A DNA stretch of 64,000 nucleotides, taken from the NCBI GenBank assembly GCA_051362555.1, contig CM120649.1:12400001-12464000 (forward strand), written 5' to 3'. The translations under genes and the position numbers were made by a program. Shown here piece by piece: positions 15,118 through 27,762 of the stretch. Positions within the stretch are counted from its first letter, which is position 1. Every line of letters starts with the position of its first letter. Source of the stretch: Lingula anatina. Lineage: Eukaryota; Animalia; Brachiopoda. The notes under the pieces are model-generated. The model saw only the letters and a program-made list of their open reading frames with translations. It did not search any database and was not told where the DNA came from.

Positions 15118-15760
15118 CTGAAAGGAATATAATTTTATCTTCAGAATTGTGACATGTTTCAAACCTGCACTCTATGTTTTGCTCTGTACAACTGATTTAC
15201 TTTTCATTCATTTAAAATATGATATTATATATTACCCTTCCCCCCCCAAAAAAAAAAAAAATAATAATAATAATAATAAATAATACATGGACAATTCTTA
15301 TCCTTGAAACAGATCAGGCAACAGAAACCAAAAAATAGTATCTGCGTTGGTCATACTGATTTCTTACCACATTCAACAACTGAGATCAGAATATTCTATG
15401 TATATCAGCTATCTTTACATATCATGCATTGCATGTCTAGTGTGTAAAGGCTATAGCCAAAGGGGGGGGGGGTCAAATGCAATCAAAATTTACAGCAGAT
15501 CCTGCTGCATGAGTCGATCAAACATTGCACAAGGTAATATTCAGAAGCAATCATTACGATATAATCGAAAAATAGGAGGCCCTCAGGAAAGTTTAAATGG
15601 TTAGATACTCCGTCTATTTCAGCATCTCTTCGTGCAGTAGCCGGCTACACAAAGAAAGGTTCGTTCTCCAAAACCTCCCTTCTGATTGTCTTTGTGCTTG
15701 GCGTGTTACAAAATTATTGTCTGTAGATTTTATTGTTTACAATTGTGATTCTTAACTTAC

Positions 15761-15934
15761 CTTTCTTTTTGTCTTATCTTCGACTTTCTCTCACCCAGTT
15801 CCGTACACAAAAATATACGGCGGGAAAGCGGGTCAGGTCAAGGACGCCTGCCTCGTTTTGAGATTGGTCACATGCCTAAACGCGGCGACTTCAAAGTTGA
15901 AAAGCTGTCAGAAATCGCTAAACGACGAAATCAG
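15761..15934. promoter_or_regulatory. Bidirectional promoter plus non-coding first exons of STAG (minus) and CDC20 (plus)
   Basis: Minus-strand donor AG|GTAAGT at 15761/15760 and plus-strand donor CAG|GTAAAT at 15934/15935. The CpG-rich interval between them holds an E2F-like TTTCCCGCC (minus, 15819-15827), an inverted CCAAT (15863-15867) and a CHR-like TTTGAA (minus, 15890-15895). Confidence 0.7.
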
Positions 15935-16459
15935 GTAAATTTTTTCACCTTTTGATAATTCCGACCAGTTAAAATTGTACTGATGTATACATAGTTATCT
16001 GTAAGATGCAGCAGTTGCTCTCGATCGTCTCTCAACGATAGATTTAAACATGATCAGCTAAGATAACAAAATATGAAGCACAGAAATTTAAAGGGACAAG
16101 TCCCCCTCCCTACTCCATAACCCCTATATCTCCCTCTCATGACTGTGTACGTTTTTTTATCAATAAATACAAATAAATTGAAAAGTGGTGTGGCTACTTG
16201 AGATGGATACAACCTGGTCACTATTCTTTATAAATATGTCGCCACTAATAAAATGGAATATATTAAGTAATATTTTCTGAGTAATCATTCAGGGAGATAA
16301 TGCTATGCAAAACTACCGGAGTATGAACTTGATTACTACATTACATAGCACAGTTGACATTAAACTAGGGAATTATATGTATACTATATAATAATGTGAA
16401 AACGGGCTGATACATATTATTTGAATTTTTTCTAGATAAAACAAAGGAAGAGTGACATC

Positions 16460-19134
16460 ATGGCGCACTTTAACTTTGAGAACAACCTGAGTGAGCTGAC
16501 CAAGCTTGACGCACCAATGCAGAGGGGTCCGTTGATGAGATGGCAGAGGAAGGCCCTCAGTCTGGATGACCAGGCCGGGGCAGGGGGGAGCAGTGACAGA
16601 CATCTATCTCTGCCTGAAGGTGGGTTAATTTTAATACTTTTTAATACCCAACCCCCCCAGCCATGTAGAGTCAGTATTTTGGGGGAAGCGAGTATATGTA
16701 ACTCTTAAGCAATGTTCCTCTTTTATTTTTCACACTTTTTAAATTTTTTTAGCAGGAATAGCTGGGGGACTGTCTCCAAGACGTACTAGAATAGGCTCCT
16801 CGAGGACCCCAAGCAAAGGCTCCAAGACTCCACTAACCTGCAGGACACCAAACAGAACTCCTGGGAAAACACCTGGGAATTCCAAGAAAGTTTCTGGGAA
16901 AACACCAAATAAGAAAACCCCCTTGACCCCTCACAGTGACAGGTTTGCTGACTTTTTCCTGATTTTTGCCAAATATGTTTATATTTTATTTATATAAATT
17001 ATGACATTTAAATAACAATGATCAATAAGTCCAGCTTATCCCTTGTGTTAAATTAATACATCAGGTTCAACCCCCCCACCTTCTTTCCATCAGTTCAATC
17101 TTGAACATAATAAGAGATTATGTTCAAGGTTCAATTTATACCCACTGGGTTTATGACCTCAACACATTCTCCACTTTCCTTTCCCCATATATTCCCAGTG
17201 TTTATTTGACTTCTACAGGTTCATTCACCCCTTCTCCCCATAAATTGACTTAATCCCCAGAAAGGCTTTCCCCAGAGAGCCATCCAGTTGTCATTTGGAC
17301 AGCAATTTGCCACAATAGACTTCCTATATTTCTAAATACAGCTGGATGACTTACAAAATTATTGGGTTGGTTGGTTGGGTTTGCTTGTGTTGGACTCCCT
17401 GGGAAGGGATGAAAAAATTAAAGATTCGCATTTTGGACTCCCTGTAACCCAAATCCTGGGGAAACCCCTGATCCCCAGTGTTTATTCATCTTCCACAGGT
17501 TCATCCCCAGCCGGTCCACCACAGACCAAGACCTGGGCCACTACCTGATGATGAACAATGAGAATGAGAACCCCCTGGCAGGGGGAAAGGTGGACTACCA
17601 GCAGAGAGTGACAGAGAACATCTGTAAGGGGCAGCAAGACCCCCAGAACGCCAAGATTTTGTCATTTAGACAGAAGGCACCACAGGCAAAAGAAGGTATG
17701 AAGACAGTGTTTTTATAGTTATATGTGCATGAATGCATGCACTCACACGGTATGTGCATGCTCATACATATGTGCATGCTCACACACACACATGCACGCA
17801 CACACGCATGCGCACAAACACACACACACGCGCACAGTTTAGTATAATATAGCATGTAAAGCACATGCGGTGGTCACAGGCACATATATACCATGTGAGC
17901 ATATGCCATAGTCACAGACAAGCATGTAATCATGCATTCTTGCAGGCAGGCATATATGCAAACTGGGACCACATAAACGTATTTTCTTAGTTGATTTTAG
18001 TCATATAAAAATTTTTTTCACCAAGTCCATCTCAGTAATCTCAGTGTACCATTCCAGGTTATCTGAACAACCTGAAGGTCCTGTACAGCTCTGGTAAGTG
18101 CTCGGCCCCTAAGGCTCTATCTACCAGACAGATCCCTCAACAGCCTGACAGAATCCTGGATGCACCTGAGCTACTGGATGATTACTGTAAGTTACAGAAT
18201 GATGCCGCTCGCTCAGAGTTTCAGTGAGCCTAGGGTGCTTGAATTCTTCTACACAGCATAGGCCGTATTCAGAACAACAGACTAACTAATCCACGGTTCA
18301 AATATGGCAGGCCCACTTGAATACTTCCCCACAGTACTTCCCCAGTGTCTATTATTGGATAAGATGGCAAGCTTTTTAGTCGGTCACCATATTTAGCCTG
18401 CAGACTTGTTAGTCCTCTGTTCTGAAAGAAGCAATATTATCTGTCACCCTTAGTTTCAGGGCTCTGATGTTAACTTTCCCAAACCAGTTTAGTCCCTGTT
18501 ACTTTGGGTTTCTGAGTACTGATGCTAACCCTCCCCTACCCATTATGCTCTTATTTTCAGCTGATCTGTTTCCAAAACTTTTCAAGATAGTAGACCTTTG
18601 AGGAATCAGAAAAAAAAAACAAAAAAAACTGGGCTGGTGTTTATAAAAGTTTGAGCTTTTTTACTAGCCTGGATTATCTTACATAGGGCAATTGCCTTGA
18701 GCTAGTGCCTAACAGTGCAGACTGTATTGCTCTTCTTCGTTCTTCTCTTGAGCAGTTAAAGTACGTTGCTTTCCTTTTTCCCATTCCATTCGTCTGTATG
18801 GTACATTTGCCATATTCCTTTAATTTCCACAGATCTGAACCTCCTGGACTGGGCCAAATCTGAAAAATTCACAAATTTTCCTGTTGAAAATATAGAGTCA
18901 TTACTGTAATTTGTATTATTTCCACAGACTTGAACCTCCTGGACTGGTCCAGTCACAACCACCTGGCTCTGGCACTAGGGGGCAGTGTGTACCTGTGGAA
19001 CGCTGGCAACAGCACCGTCACTCTGCTCTGCGAGCTGGAGAGTGAGGAGGAGTATATCTCGTGTGTCTCCTGGATCAAGGAGGGCAATATCCTGGCTGTT
19101 GGAAACAGTACGGGGGCAGTGCAAGTATGTTTCA

Positions 19135-19211
<77 letters not shown>

Positions 19212-21723
19212 TTGCTTTATGAGGTAGAATCAGTCTCTTTGATTAAGGGATAATGTATGACTCAGGCTCGCCTTTTTCAAGGGTGAAAATTGTGAATGCT
19301 CAGATACTGTATTTTATTTTTAATTCATAAATTCTTAATATATGAACATTCTTGTTGAGTGGTAGCAACAAAAAACAGATAAACTGGTTACCATGTTAAT
19401 TCTGTTCTTAACAGTTAAAAGCTACATCGAAATATGTTTTATTATTTTTTTGGTTTCAGTTGTGGGATGTCAGTCAGCAGAAGTTGATGAGAACCATGGG
19501 TGGACATGCTGCCAGGGTGGGTTCTCTGGCCTGGAACTCTTATATATTGTCAAGGTGAGTTCATGGGTGGACACGCTGCCAGGGTGGGTTCTCTGGCCTG
19601 GAACTCTTATATATTGTCAGGGTGAGTTGAAGACAGTGGGATTTAGGTAGCTTTTATCTGAGTATTTTATATTATTATTATTATTATTGTTATAATTAAT
19701 ATCATTATTTTTTATTGATTTATATTTTGTTGATAATGAATCTGGTGCTTTTAACTACAATAATGTCTGCATAGTGGAGCATCGAGATGGCACCTGCACC
19801 TTGCACTCAAGGGTGTGGGCTCCAACCTGGGTGTGGTTCACCCACCCTGCCAAAAAACCCCAAACAACATATATTATTATAAAAAAGTAAAAGCTTTGTG
19901 TTTTCAGTGGCTGTAGATCTGGCTCCATTCACCACCATGACGTGCGTGTGGCGGACCACCAGGTGGGTACCCTGACCAGCCATACCCAGGAGGTGTGTGG
20001 CCTGCAGTGGGCGCCAGATGGGAGGTACCTGGCCAGTGGTGGGAATGATAACCTGCTCAATGTGTGGGAGGGCATGGCAGAGACACCTGTCCATTCCTTT
20101 ACACATCATATGGCTGCTGTCAAGGTGAGGCCAGCAGAGGATTATTGTAATTACCCTGAAGTTTTGAATTTGAATACCACACACTTGATGTTGATCATAA
20201 CTAAAAACTGCCTAAATGAATGAAATATTAACTGGTTCATTAAACCTGTAAATAGCCAAACTGAAAAATATTTATAGTGTTACCTCTGTGGGCAAGTTGA
20301 GATGAGATCTTGACAGATCTGTTAACAATATTTTTCAAAAATTAAGTAAGGATCAAACACAATGAATAGTTTCCAGTATATCTCCAGACTGGCAAAAATT
20401 TTATTTGAATGTCAGATTTCTTAGGGGCCATTTCAGGCTTAACAAACAAAATAATTATTTATTTTAACTTAGTCGAAATTTTCCCATTTAAGGCAGTGGC
20501 CTGGTGTCCATGGCAACCGTCAGTACTGGCCAGTGGAGGGGGCACGGCTGACCGCCACATCCGTCTCTGGAACGTCCTGACGGGAGCCTGCCTGCACAGT
20601 GTGGACACCAACTCCCAGGTGAGGATCTGATGGCGCATTCACACCCAAGTTGTGACCACCTAACTCGGTGCCCACTGTTTTAGCAGAACTGTTAGATCGC
20701 ATTCACAATGAGTTGAGCCATGGCTTTACAAATCCTGGAACTAAATATGGCGGACGTACATGAAAGAAAAACCACCTAATCTTTTAATAGTCTCTCCACC
20801 TCTCACACGCCTCCCCATGCGATGTCCCTGCAGGGGTACAGTCATTAAATCTCGGCTCCATTGGGACGACATATGGGGAGGCGTGTGAGAGGCAGAGAGA
20901 CTATTAAAAGATTAGGCGGTTTTTCTTTCATGTACATCCGCCATATTTAGTTCCAGGATTTGTAAAGCCATGGCTCAACTCGTTGTGAATGCGATCATAG
21001 ATTACATTGTTTAAACTGTAGGTATATAGACATATATGGTACTCTTTACTAGAGACCAACAGGGTGTTGAGGAACATGAAGATCTTGTGCACAAATCCTC
21101 ACAGAATAGGAATATGAGTGCAGTTTAAGCGAATAGCCAGTGAAATTTCTTTGAATACAAAATAAATTTCTATGTGGCCCTGGTAGAGGGTACATGTAGC
21201 CTGCTGGTATGTGACTTAATCTGTTATACAGCAGTGGTTGGTTCATGTAGTGCAATGAGATGAGAATGGATTTCTTTGGGTATGATTGTAATAACATGGT
21301 CCAGTGACATGTAACTTAATAAGTAAACAGCCAGAAAATATGAACTTCAAAGTAATATTAGATTGTCCAATCCATCATCCCTTATTTTATTTTAATAAAT
21401 GTGTATGACTAATATTTTAACAGTAATTATCTGTGTTCTCATTGTTCAGGTTTGCTCCATACTCTGGTCCAGCAGTTACAAGGAGTTGATCTCTGGGCAC
21501 GGCTTCTCACAGAACCAGCTCATCATATGGAAGTACCCTGCCATGGGGAGAGTTGCTGAACTCACAGGTAAGATACACCCTGGGTGCCTCAGCATTGATA
21601 GTTGGTCTACTCTGCCTGTGTTAGTTGCTCAATCTCCTTGAGTTTCAGGGTCCTGGCAGGGAAGAATTTCATGAGGTTGCTTTCTCAAATATATTTTTTC
21701 TTAGAAAAGCAATGTCAATAGTA

Positions 21724-21762
<39 letters not shown>

Positions 21763-22050
21763 GTTGTAAACAGAAAGTGCTGAGAGTAAGCAATTTCTGC
21801 ATTTTTTTTGTCAGTCTTATTTATTTATTTATTATGTTAATTATAATTCTAACTATTTCCCACAGGTCACACTGCCCGAGTTCTTGGCCTTGCCATGTCA
21901 CCAGATGGCAGCACGGTGGCTAGTGCAGCTGCTGACGAGACCATACGACTGTGGCGCTGTTTTGAAATCGACAAGCAGAGAAAGTCGTCTAGTTCTAAAT
22001 CGTTCAAAGAGCCAGTCACCAAGAGTGCCCTGCAGAGGGGCATCAGATAA
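16460..22050 (+). CDS. CDC20: Cell division cycle protein 20 (fizzy), APC/C co-activator, 10 coding exons
   Basis: Exons approx. 16460-16619 (LMRWQRK), 16753/16756-16942 (TP-rich CDK sites), 17499-17695 (C-box DR|FIPSR, KILSF motif), 18058-18187 ([12 protein letters not shown]), 18928-19124 (YLNLLDWS), 19461-19554, 19908-20124 ([18 protein letters not shown]), 20493-20618 ([12 protein letters not shown]), 21450-21567, 21866-22050 (DETIRLW ... GIR*, IR tail). Confidence 0.96.
19136..19208. repeat. (TA)n microsatellite; others: (TAAA)n 1936-1980, (ATA)n 7588-7633, (CA)n 52119-52189
   Basis: Direct reading. Confidence 0.95.
20695..20996. mobile_element. Hairpin MITE with ~125-bp inverted arms in a CDC20 intron
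   Basis: GATCGCATTCACAATGAGTTGAGCCATGG... mirrored by ...CCATGGCTCAACTCGTTGTGAATGCGATC. Confidence 0.85.
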
Positions 22051-23511
22051 AGAATGGATGCCAATACACCTCAGTAACTATAGATTTATCATTTATGATG
22101 CCATAAACAGTAGAATAATATACTCCTGTGAAAATAATTTATAATAATTTATGCTTAGAAGCCCCATATAGCATTGACAATCCTGACTAAAACAGTTGTG
22201 AACATCCTCATGAAGGTATTTGCTTTCTGCCTGCTTTGTGTCTTTGTTGATTCAGATGTAGGTGTATACAGTACATGCCAGTGCGTCCTCACATTTATAT
22301 GTGGTTACCTTCTAGGGATGCATTAAGGATTTTGAATTTCGTGACTTTGCAAAGAGAAAAAATATATCTTAGAAATGCCATTTATTTATATAGGAGTAAT
22401 TATCATCTTAAACAATATGATCAAATGCAAAATCCAGGTTTGTGTCTAAATGACCTTAAGTCTTAAAATGCTCTGCACAGAACATTTGACCAGTGACTTG
22501 ACTGTAAATCATTAATATAAATTTAATAGAAATGAATGGAAAGACAAACGGCATTCTAATGAGAGAGTATTTTTTTGTCATTTTTATGTTTTAATTGCTA
22601 TCATCATGTAATCATATTTGATATGCATAAGTAAATAAAGTTATTTTTGTTAAAATTTGGGTATTGCGTCATACAAAATGTATATGTAGGTATTTGTATG
22701 GCAGACAGGCCCAGCAATCTGAGACAGCGTGTCTGAAAGCAGTTAGACTTGGGATGACATGTGGAGGGATTCGGGGAGTGATGTACAGCCAAAGTAAAGA
22801 TGGACCTTTATAAATATATTCCATATAATTATGAGATACTGAGAACAAAGTTAGAAAGTGTGTGTCTATCTGCGTGTGTGTGTGAGAGAGAGAGAGACAG
22901 GTATGGCCCCCTATTAGTTGGGGGTGCACTTGCAACTTTCCTTGCATCATCAACAACACTGTCTAGAGTTGTCTGTGTTTGCATGCATGCCCTTCTTCAA
23001 TTTACTTTTTATTTTCAAATTCAGTAAATTGGGTAACAAATCTGAGATAACAAACTGAATCTTTGTCTAAAACTTGTTATTTCTGTACTATATAATAGTA
23101 GATTTTTTCTTCAGACTGTTCTTGTCATCTTGCAGAAGAAAGATAGTTTGGTATCCACAAGATCTGGCTGATTTTTTTTTTTTTTTTTTTTGTATTAGAA
23201 AAGGGGAATATGTTGTGCAACCAAACTGGAGTCACTTTTTGCAAAACTTTACAATCAAAAAGTTTAAAGAAATAAAATTCCTTGTTTATTTATTCTGGGA
23301 TAAAACTGAATTTATTTTTCAATTGGAATGGTCATGCAAACAAGGATTTTCAAATATTAACTGTTATCCATTCTTACTTCAATATTTATTATCATTAACT
23401 GTGACTATATTTTACTTTCTTTGTCAAACCTGAAGGAAATCTTGGTTAAAACCAACTGTATGTCATAGAGTGTTAACATTACTGCATGATTTATTAACAT
23501 AGGGGTTGACA

Positions 23512-25469
23512 TCACTCCTGCAGGGTTTCCTTGTCAAATAAGTACTCTCCAAGCCCTGGTCCTACACGCTTCGAATTGGTGATGTGGTCGCATATCGTCT
23601 TGATGAACGCCACCTCGTGGTGAAGGAATTCTGTTTCAATCCAGTTCTTCATCTGCAAAAGTTAATGCGCGTGATATGAGTGTCGTTGCAATTAATTGCA
23701 ATAAAACAAAGATTTGAAACTAAATAGATATCTGCAAAAACAAAAATAGGCGGACGAACTCCCTACAATTGGGAGGATAGTATCGTCAATTGACTATTTA
23801 TGCACATTTGGTCAAAGAAAAAAAAAGGTAAAATCCCAAACGCGATCACCGTTTTCTACAAATAACCATAAATACATATCCGATTTTCTTTTCAAAGAGA
23901 AATCGCAAAAAGCTGTACTTCGGCATCCTCAAATTTGGTCGCCGTTTTATGTGCGTCTAACCAGCTTTGGTTGAGGATCCTTTCGAGCCCCAGAGCGGCC
24001 TCCATAGCATTCAATCCATTACTGAGTTTAAAATCTGGTGCCTGCAAAATAATGAAAATAATTTTATGACAAAAATTGATAAAATGTGCAATTTAAATTG
24101 CGCTGCAACAGCAACGTTTCAGTGTTTCAAGAATATAAAATGGCTGAGAAATGCTACTTCCCACTAATTTTTAAAACTCGGAGAGTTAACCGCCTGCTTC
24201 CTTTTATTAACAGATTAACAAATACAAATAAACGCTCTGCTGTTTTGGTAGTTCATCTACTCATTTTCGAGTTCTACAAACAATATACGTCCGCGACTCC
24301 TCACAGTTTCCAAGATCGTTTGCGAGAAATCTGAAGTTCAGGACGAAATTTAAATAGCTAGTTGATCTCTATGATTTTCTTAAGTCCATCTCTTACCCTA
24401 GATATGACTATAATAATAAGATAAGATAATATGAACAAACTGACTATAATAATAAGATAAGATAATATGAACAAACTGGTCATGAGAAAGGATGGCAGAT
24501 ATTATTAGGAAAATTACCAAAAGCCAGTGATAATAAAATAACCGTCTATTTATCTAAAGACATATCTGTGAATATCTTGTGAAAAATCAATCTGCAGCCC
24601 TGGTAGAGGGTATGAGAGAGGTGCCTTTTTACTAGAAGACGCGCATTCGTACCTTAATGTCCTTCAGCACTATCCGCCCTCCGCGAGTGTTCTGGTAATG
24701 TGAGAGCTTACCAGCTTGGTTCCTCTTCTCGTCTGACGCTTCTTTGAAAAATTTGAAGAATCCCTTCAGTTCGTCATCAAAATGCCACGCCTAGTAAAAT
24801 GAAAAAAAGCGCACATTTTATAAGAAATATCTTTGCAAAAAAGTTCCCCGAGGTCTTCGTTACTCTACGTTTTAGTCCGTTTATTCCAAAAAGGCGCAAT
24901 GACTACGAACAAACAGACTGTGGTATCTCTGGAGTGGACAGGGAGGGGGGGGGGGGGTTTGAACTTGGTCGTTTCTTTTATTCATTTATTCCCTTTAAAT
25001 AGAATTTGTTTAAGAAATATCGTTCGTTTGGAAACCCGTCTAATAATCAGCGTGTGTCAAATAATTACTTTAAACATTAGCCTCACGAGGGAAGCCCATG
25101 TAGAGAAAACAATCTTATATAACAGCTTTCACAAGGAAGACAAACGCATTTGTGGCGTCATACACCCCATTTCCATAGATTAGATCGACCTACTTTAGAT
25201 CGACCTAACTCCCTGGGGGTTCACGCTAAATAGCTGTCAGCCGGGCGGACACGACAGTTAATTACCCCCTTACAGCTTGTAGTAGGCGGGACGGACATTT
25301 AAGTCGGATTATCTGAAAGTAATCTAGTGAGACTCCCCGCGGGGATAGATCGATCTAAAATCTATGGGAATAGAGCCATATATTAATCTCTTGTTGCATT
25401 GAGCACCCAGCGCTCTGTGGAAGGATCAGTGCAGGTCAAAGTGCCCCACCAAACTGTTTTTCCGCTTGA

Positions 25470-25511
<42 letters not shown>

Positions 25512-27615
25512 TCAAGCGGAAAAACATATATTATATATTATATAATTATTTTAATATCTATGAAATGGATTGGTGCAAGTAAGAATGCCCCACCAAACTG
25601 TTTTTCCGCTTGACTGATATACATATATAATTATTTTGATATCTATGAAATGGATCGGTGCAGGTCACAGTGCCCCACCAAACTGCTTTCCCGCTTTCTG
25701 ATATATATAATTATTTTCATATGTATGAAATGGATCGGTGCAAGTAAGAATGCCCCACCAAACTGTTTTTCCGCTTGACTGATAGATATATATAATTATT
25801 TTGATATCTATGAAGTGGATCAGTGCAGGTCAGAGTGACCCACCCAACTACATTCCCGCTTGTCTGATATATGTTATTATTTTGATATCTATGAAGCTTA
25901 TATAATAGCTTTCACAAGGAAGGCAAAGGTATTTGTGACGCCAAATATTACCTCTTGTCGCAATGAGCGCATAGCACTTTGTGAAAGGGATCAACGCACG
26001 TGAGAGTGACCCATCAAGCTATTTTCCCTCTTTGTTTAGAATTTGTTTAAGAAATGTCGTTCGTTTGGAAAACCCTCTAATAATCAGCGTGTGCCAAATA
26101 ATTACTTTAAACATTAGCCTCACGATGGAAGCCCATGTAGAGAAAACAACCTTATATAACAGCTTTCACAAGGAAGACAAACGCATTTGTGGCGTCATAT
26201 ATTAATCTCTTGTTGCATTGAGCACCCAGCGCTCTGTGAAAGGATCGGTGCAGGTCAAAGTGCCCCACCAAACTGTTTTTCCGCTTGACTGATATATATA
26301 ATTATTTTCATATCTATGAAATGGATCGGTGCAAGTAAGAATGCCCCACCAAACTGTTTTTCCGCTTGACTGATAGATATATATAATTATTTTGATATCT
26401 ATGAAATAGATCAGTGCAGGTCAGAGTGACCCACCCAACTGCTTTCCCGCTTGTCTGATATATGTTATTATTTTGATATCTATGAAGCTTATATAATAGC
26501 TTTCACAAGGAAGGCAAACGTATTTGTGACGCCAAATATTACCTCTTGTCGCAATGAGCGCATAGCACTTTTTGAAACGGATCAACGCACGTGAGAGTGA
26601 CCCATCAAGCTATTTTCCCTCTTGACTACTGTTGCCTTCGATGGATGAAGCGTCAGTATTCTTGCTCTGTATTCTACCTAAGCCGGTGCATGTACAAATC
26701 AGCATTATCACTGCCGCAAAGTGAAAGCTTATGGAGGCAAATTTTATTTTAATTTGAAAATACACAACTTCTGTGCATCCCACAAGACTTTTGTTTGTTT
26801 GATATAAATGTATTTTACTGGTACCAAGACCAGTGGATTTTCCCCGAGTCTGGTAACTAACGGTTTTCACTAAATACCTTTACCCCATGTTATGCTGAGG
26901 ACTTCTCCATCAAGGTCTGAGCTATATGCAATTATACAGATTATAGACTAATCCCTGCTGTAGCAGAAGGTGCAGTAGGGGGTGTACACAAACATAAGCT
27001 GAATAGTGGTGTATATACTGCATATAAAAGCGTATATATTCAGCTGTATATATATATATATAATTTGTAAACCCTGAGATTCTGATTACAGACATGTAAG
27101 CCTCTTGAGCTGATAGCAATTTCGCGTGAACCCCAGGGAGTTAGGTCGATCCAGATGAATCGATCTAAATCAGTGGGAATGCAGTCTAAGGTTTCATGTG
27201 TAAATAGAAGCCGTATATTTTGATAGGCACTGGGCAGTGTAGCCTCGAATGCCATTTGTATGTTCTGGTAATATTGAATACCTCCTACCAGTAGGAGCAA
27301 TAACTTTCTGAGCTCACTTTGGAATATTTTTTAATTTCAGTCAAAAAAAAAAAAAATAAAATTGCGAAGAGCTGTATTAAATCTCAACAGACCAAGTGCA
27401 TAACTCACGGTCCAAACATTTTTAGACAAAGGAAAACACTACAAGCATTTGGGGAAATCTTCATGTGTTAATTAGCGATTTTAGCGACTTTGCAAAATCT
27501 TGCATACTCCACTTACCAAGGACTGGTAGGCGTAACTGGCATGAAGGCAGGCGTTGATCAACTTGTTGACGCAGGCTTCGCTTTCCTCGTGGTAGTTCTG
27601 GCGACACAGCGACAT
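23512..27615 (-). CDS. Ferritin paralog A (166 aa, cytosolic type, ferroxidase centre degenerate)
   Basis: Four phase-0 exons: 27517-27615 [33 protein letters not shown]; 24653-24790 [46 protein letters not shown]; 23919-24041 [41 protein letters not shown]; 23512-23652 [49 protein letters not shown] intact, no signal peptide, AATAAA at 23490-23495 (minus). Confidence 0.92.
25000..26625. repeat. ~75-bp minisatellite plus local segmental duplication in ferritin A intron 1
   Basis: Unit GATCGGTGCAGGTCAAAGTGCCCCACCAAACTGTTTTTCCGCTTGACTGATATAT... at 25425-25900 and 26243-26490. The segment 25000-26030 is repeated at 26038-26625. Confidence 0.9.
25163..25377. mobile_element. MITE with ATA target-site duplication; relatives at ~27110-27187 and ~40762-40975
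   Basis: TIR CCCCATTTCCATAGATT.AGATCGA / TCGATCTAAAATCTATGGGAAT. The empty site is visible in the duplicated segment at 26191-26210. Confidence 0.75.
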
Positions 27616-27734
27616 AGTGATTATAGCACGGAATAGAACCAATTAAGTTTCTACTGCTAGTAAATTAGCAAATCAAGAAATCGGTATTCAGCTGGATAGT
27701 GTACAGGAAACAATTAGTATGTGATGGAGCTGGT

Positions 27735-27762
27735 GTCCGTCTGCTCACTGGCGCTGCAAGAC
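27735..27762 (-). promoter_or_regulatory. Degenerate iron-responsive element (IRE) in ferritin A 5'UTR
   Basis: GTCTTGC AGCGC CAGTGA GCAGA CGGAC: CAGUGN loop, UGC/C bulge and lower stem are present, but only 2 of 5 upper-stem pairs form. TATA-like AT block about 30 nt upstream. Confidence 0.65.

Noticed and set aside
18930-19253. Poly-IY extension of a CDC20 ORF
   Set aside because: Read-through into an intronic (TA)n microsatellite past the donor at 19124.
24555-24612. Intronic sequence shared by ferritin A (intron 2) and ferritin B (31624-31682, intron 3) as a conserved enhancer
   Set aside because: It lies in non-equivalent introns and a similar fragment occurs in a CDC20 intron (~21160-21195); more likely an interspersed repeat fragment.
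24833-26205. Two similar ORFs (116 aa and 74 aa) suggesting a small gene family
   Set aside because: They arise from the local intronic duplication; no recognisable domain or splice structure.
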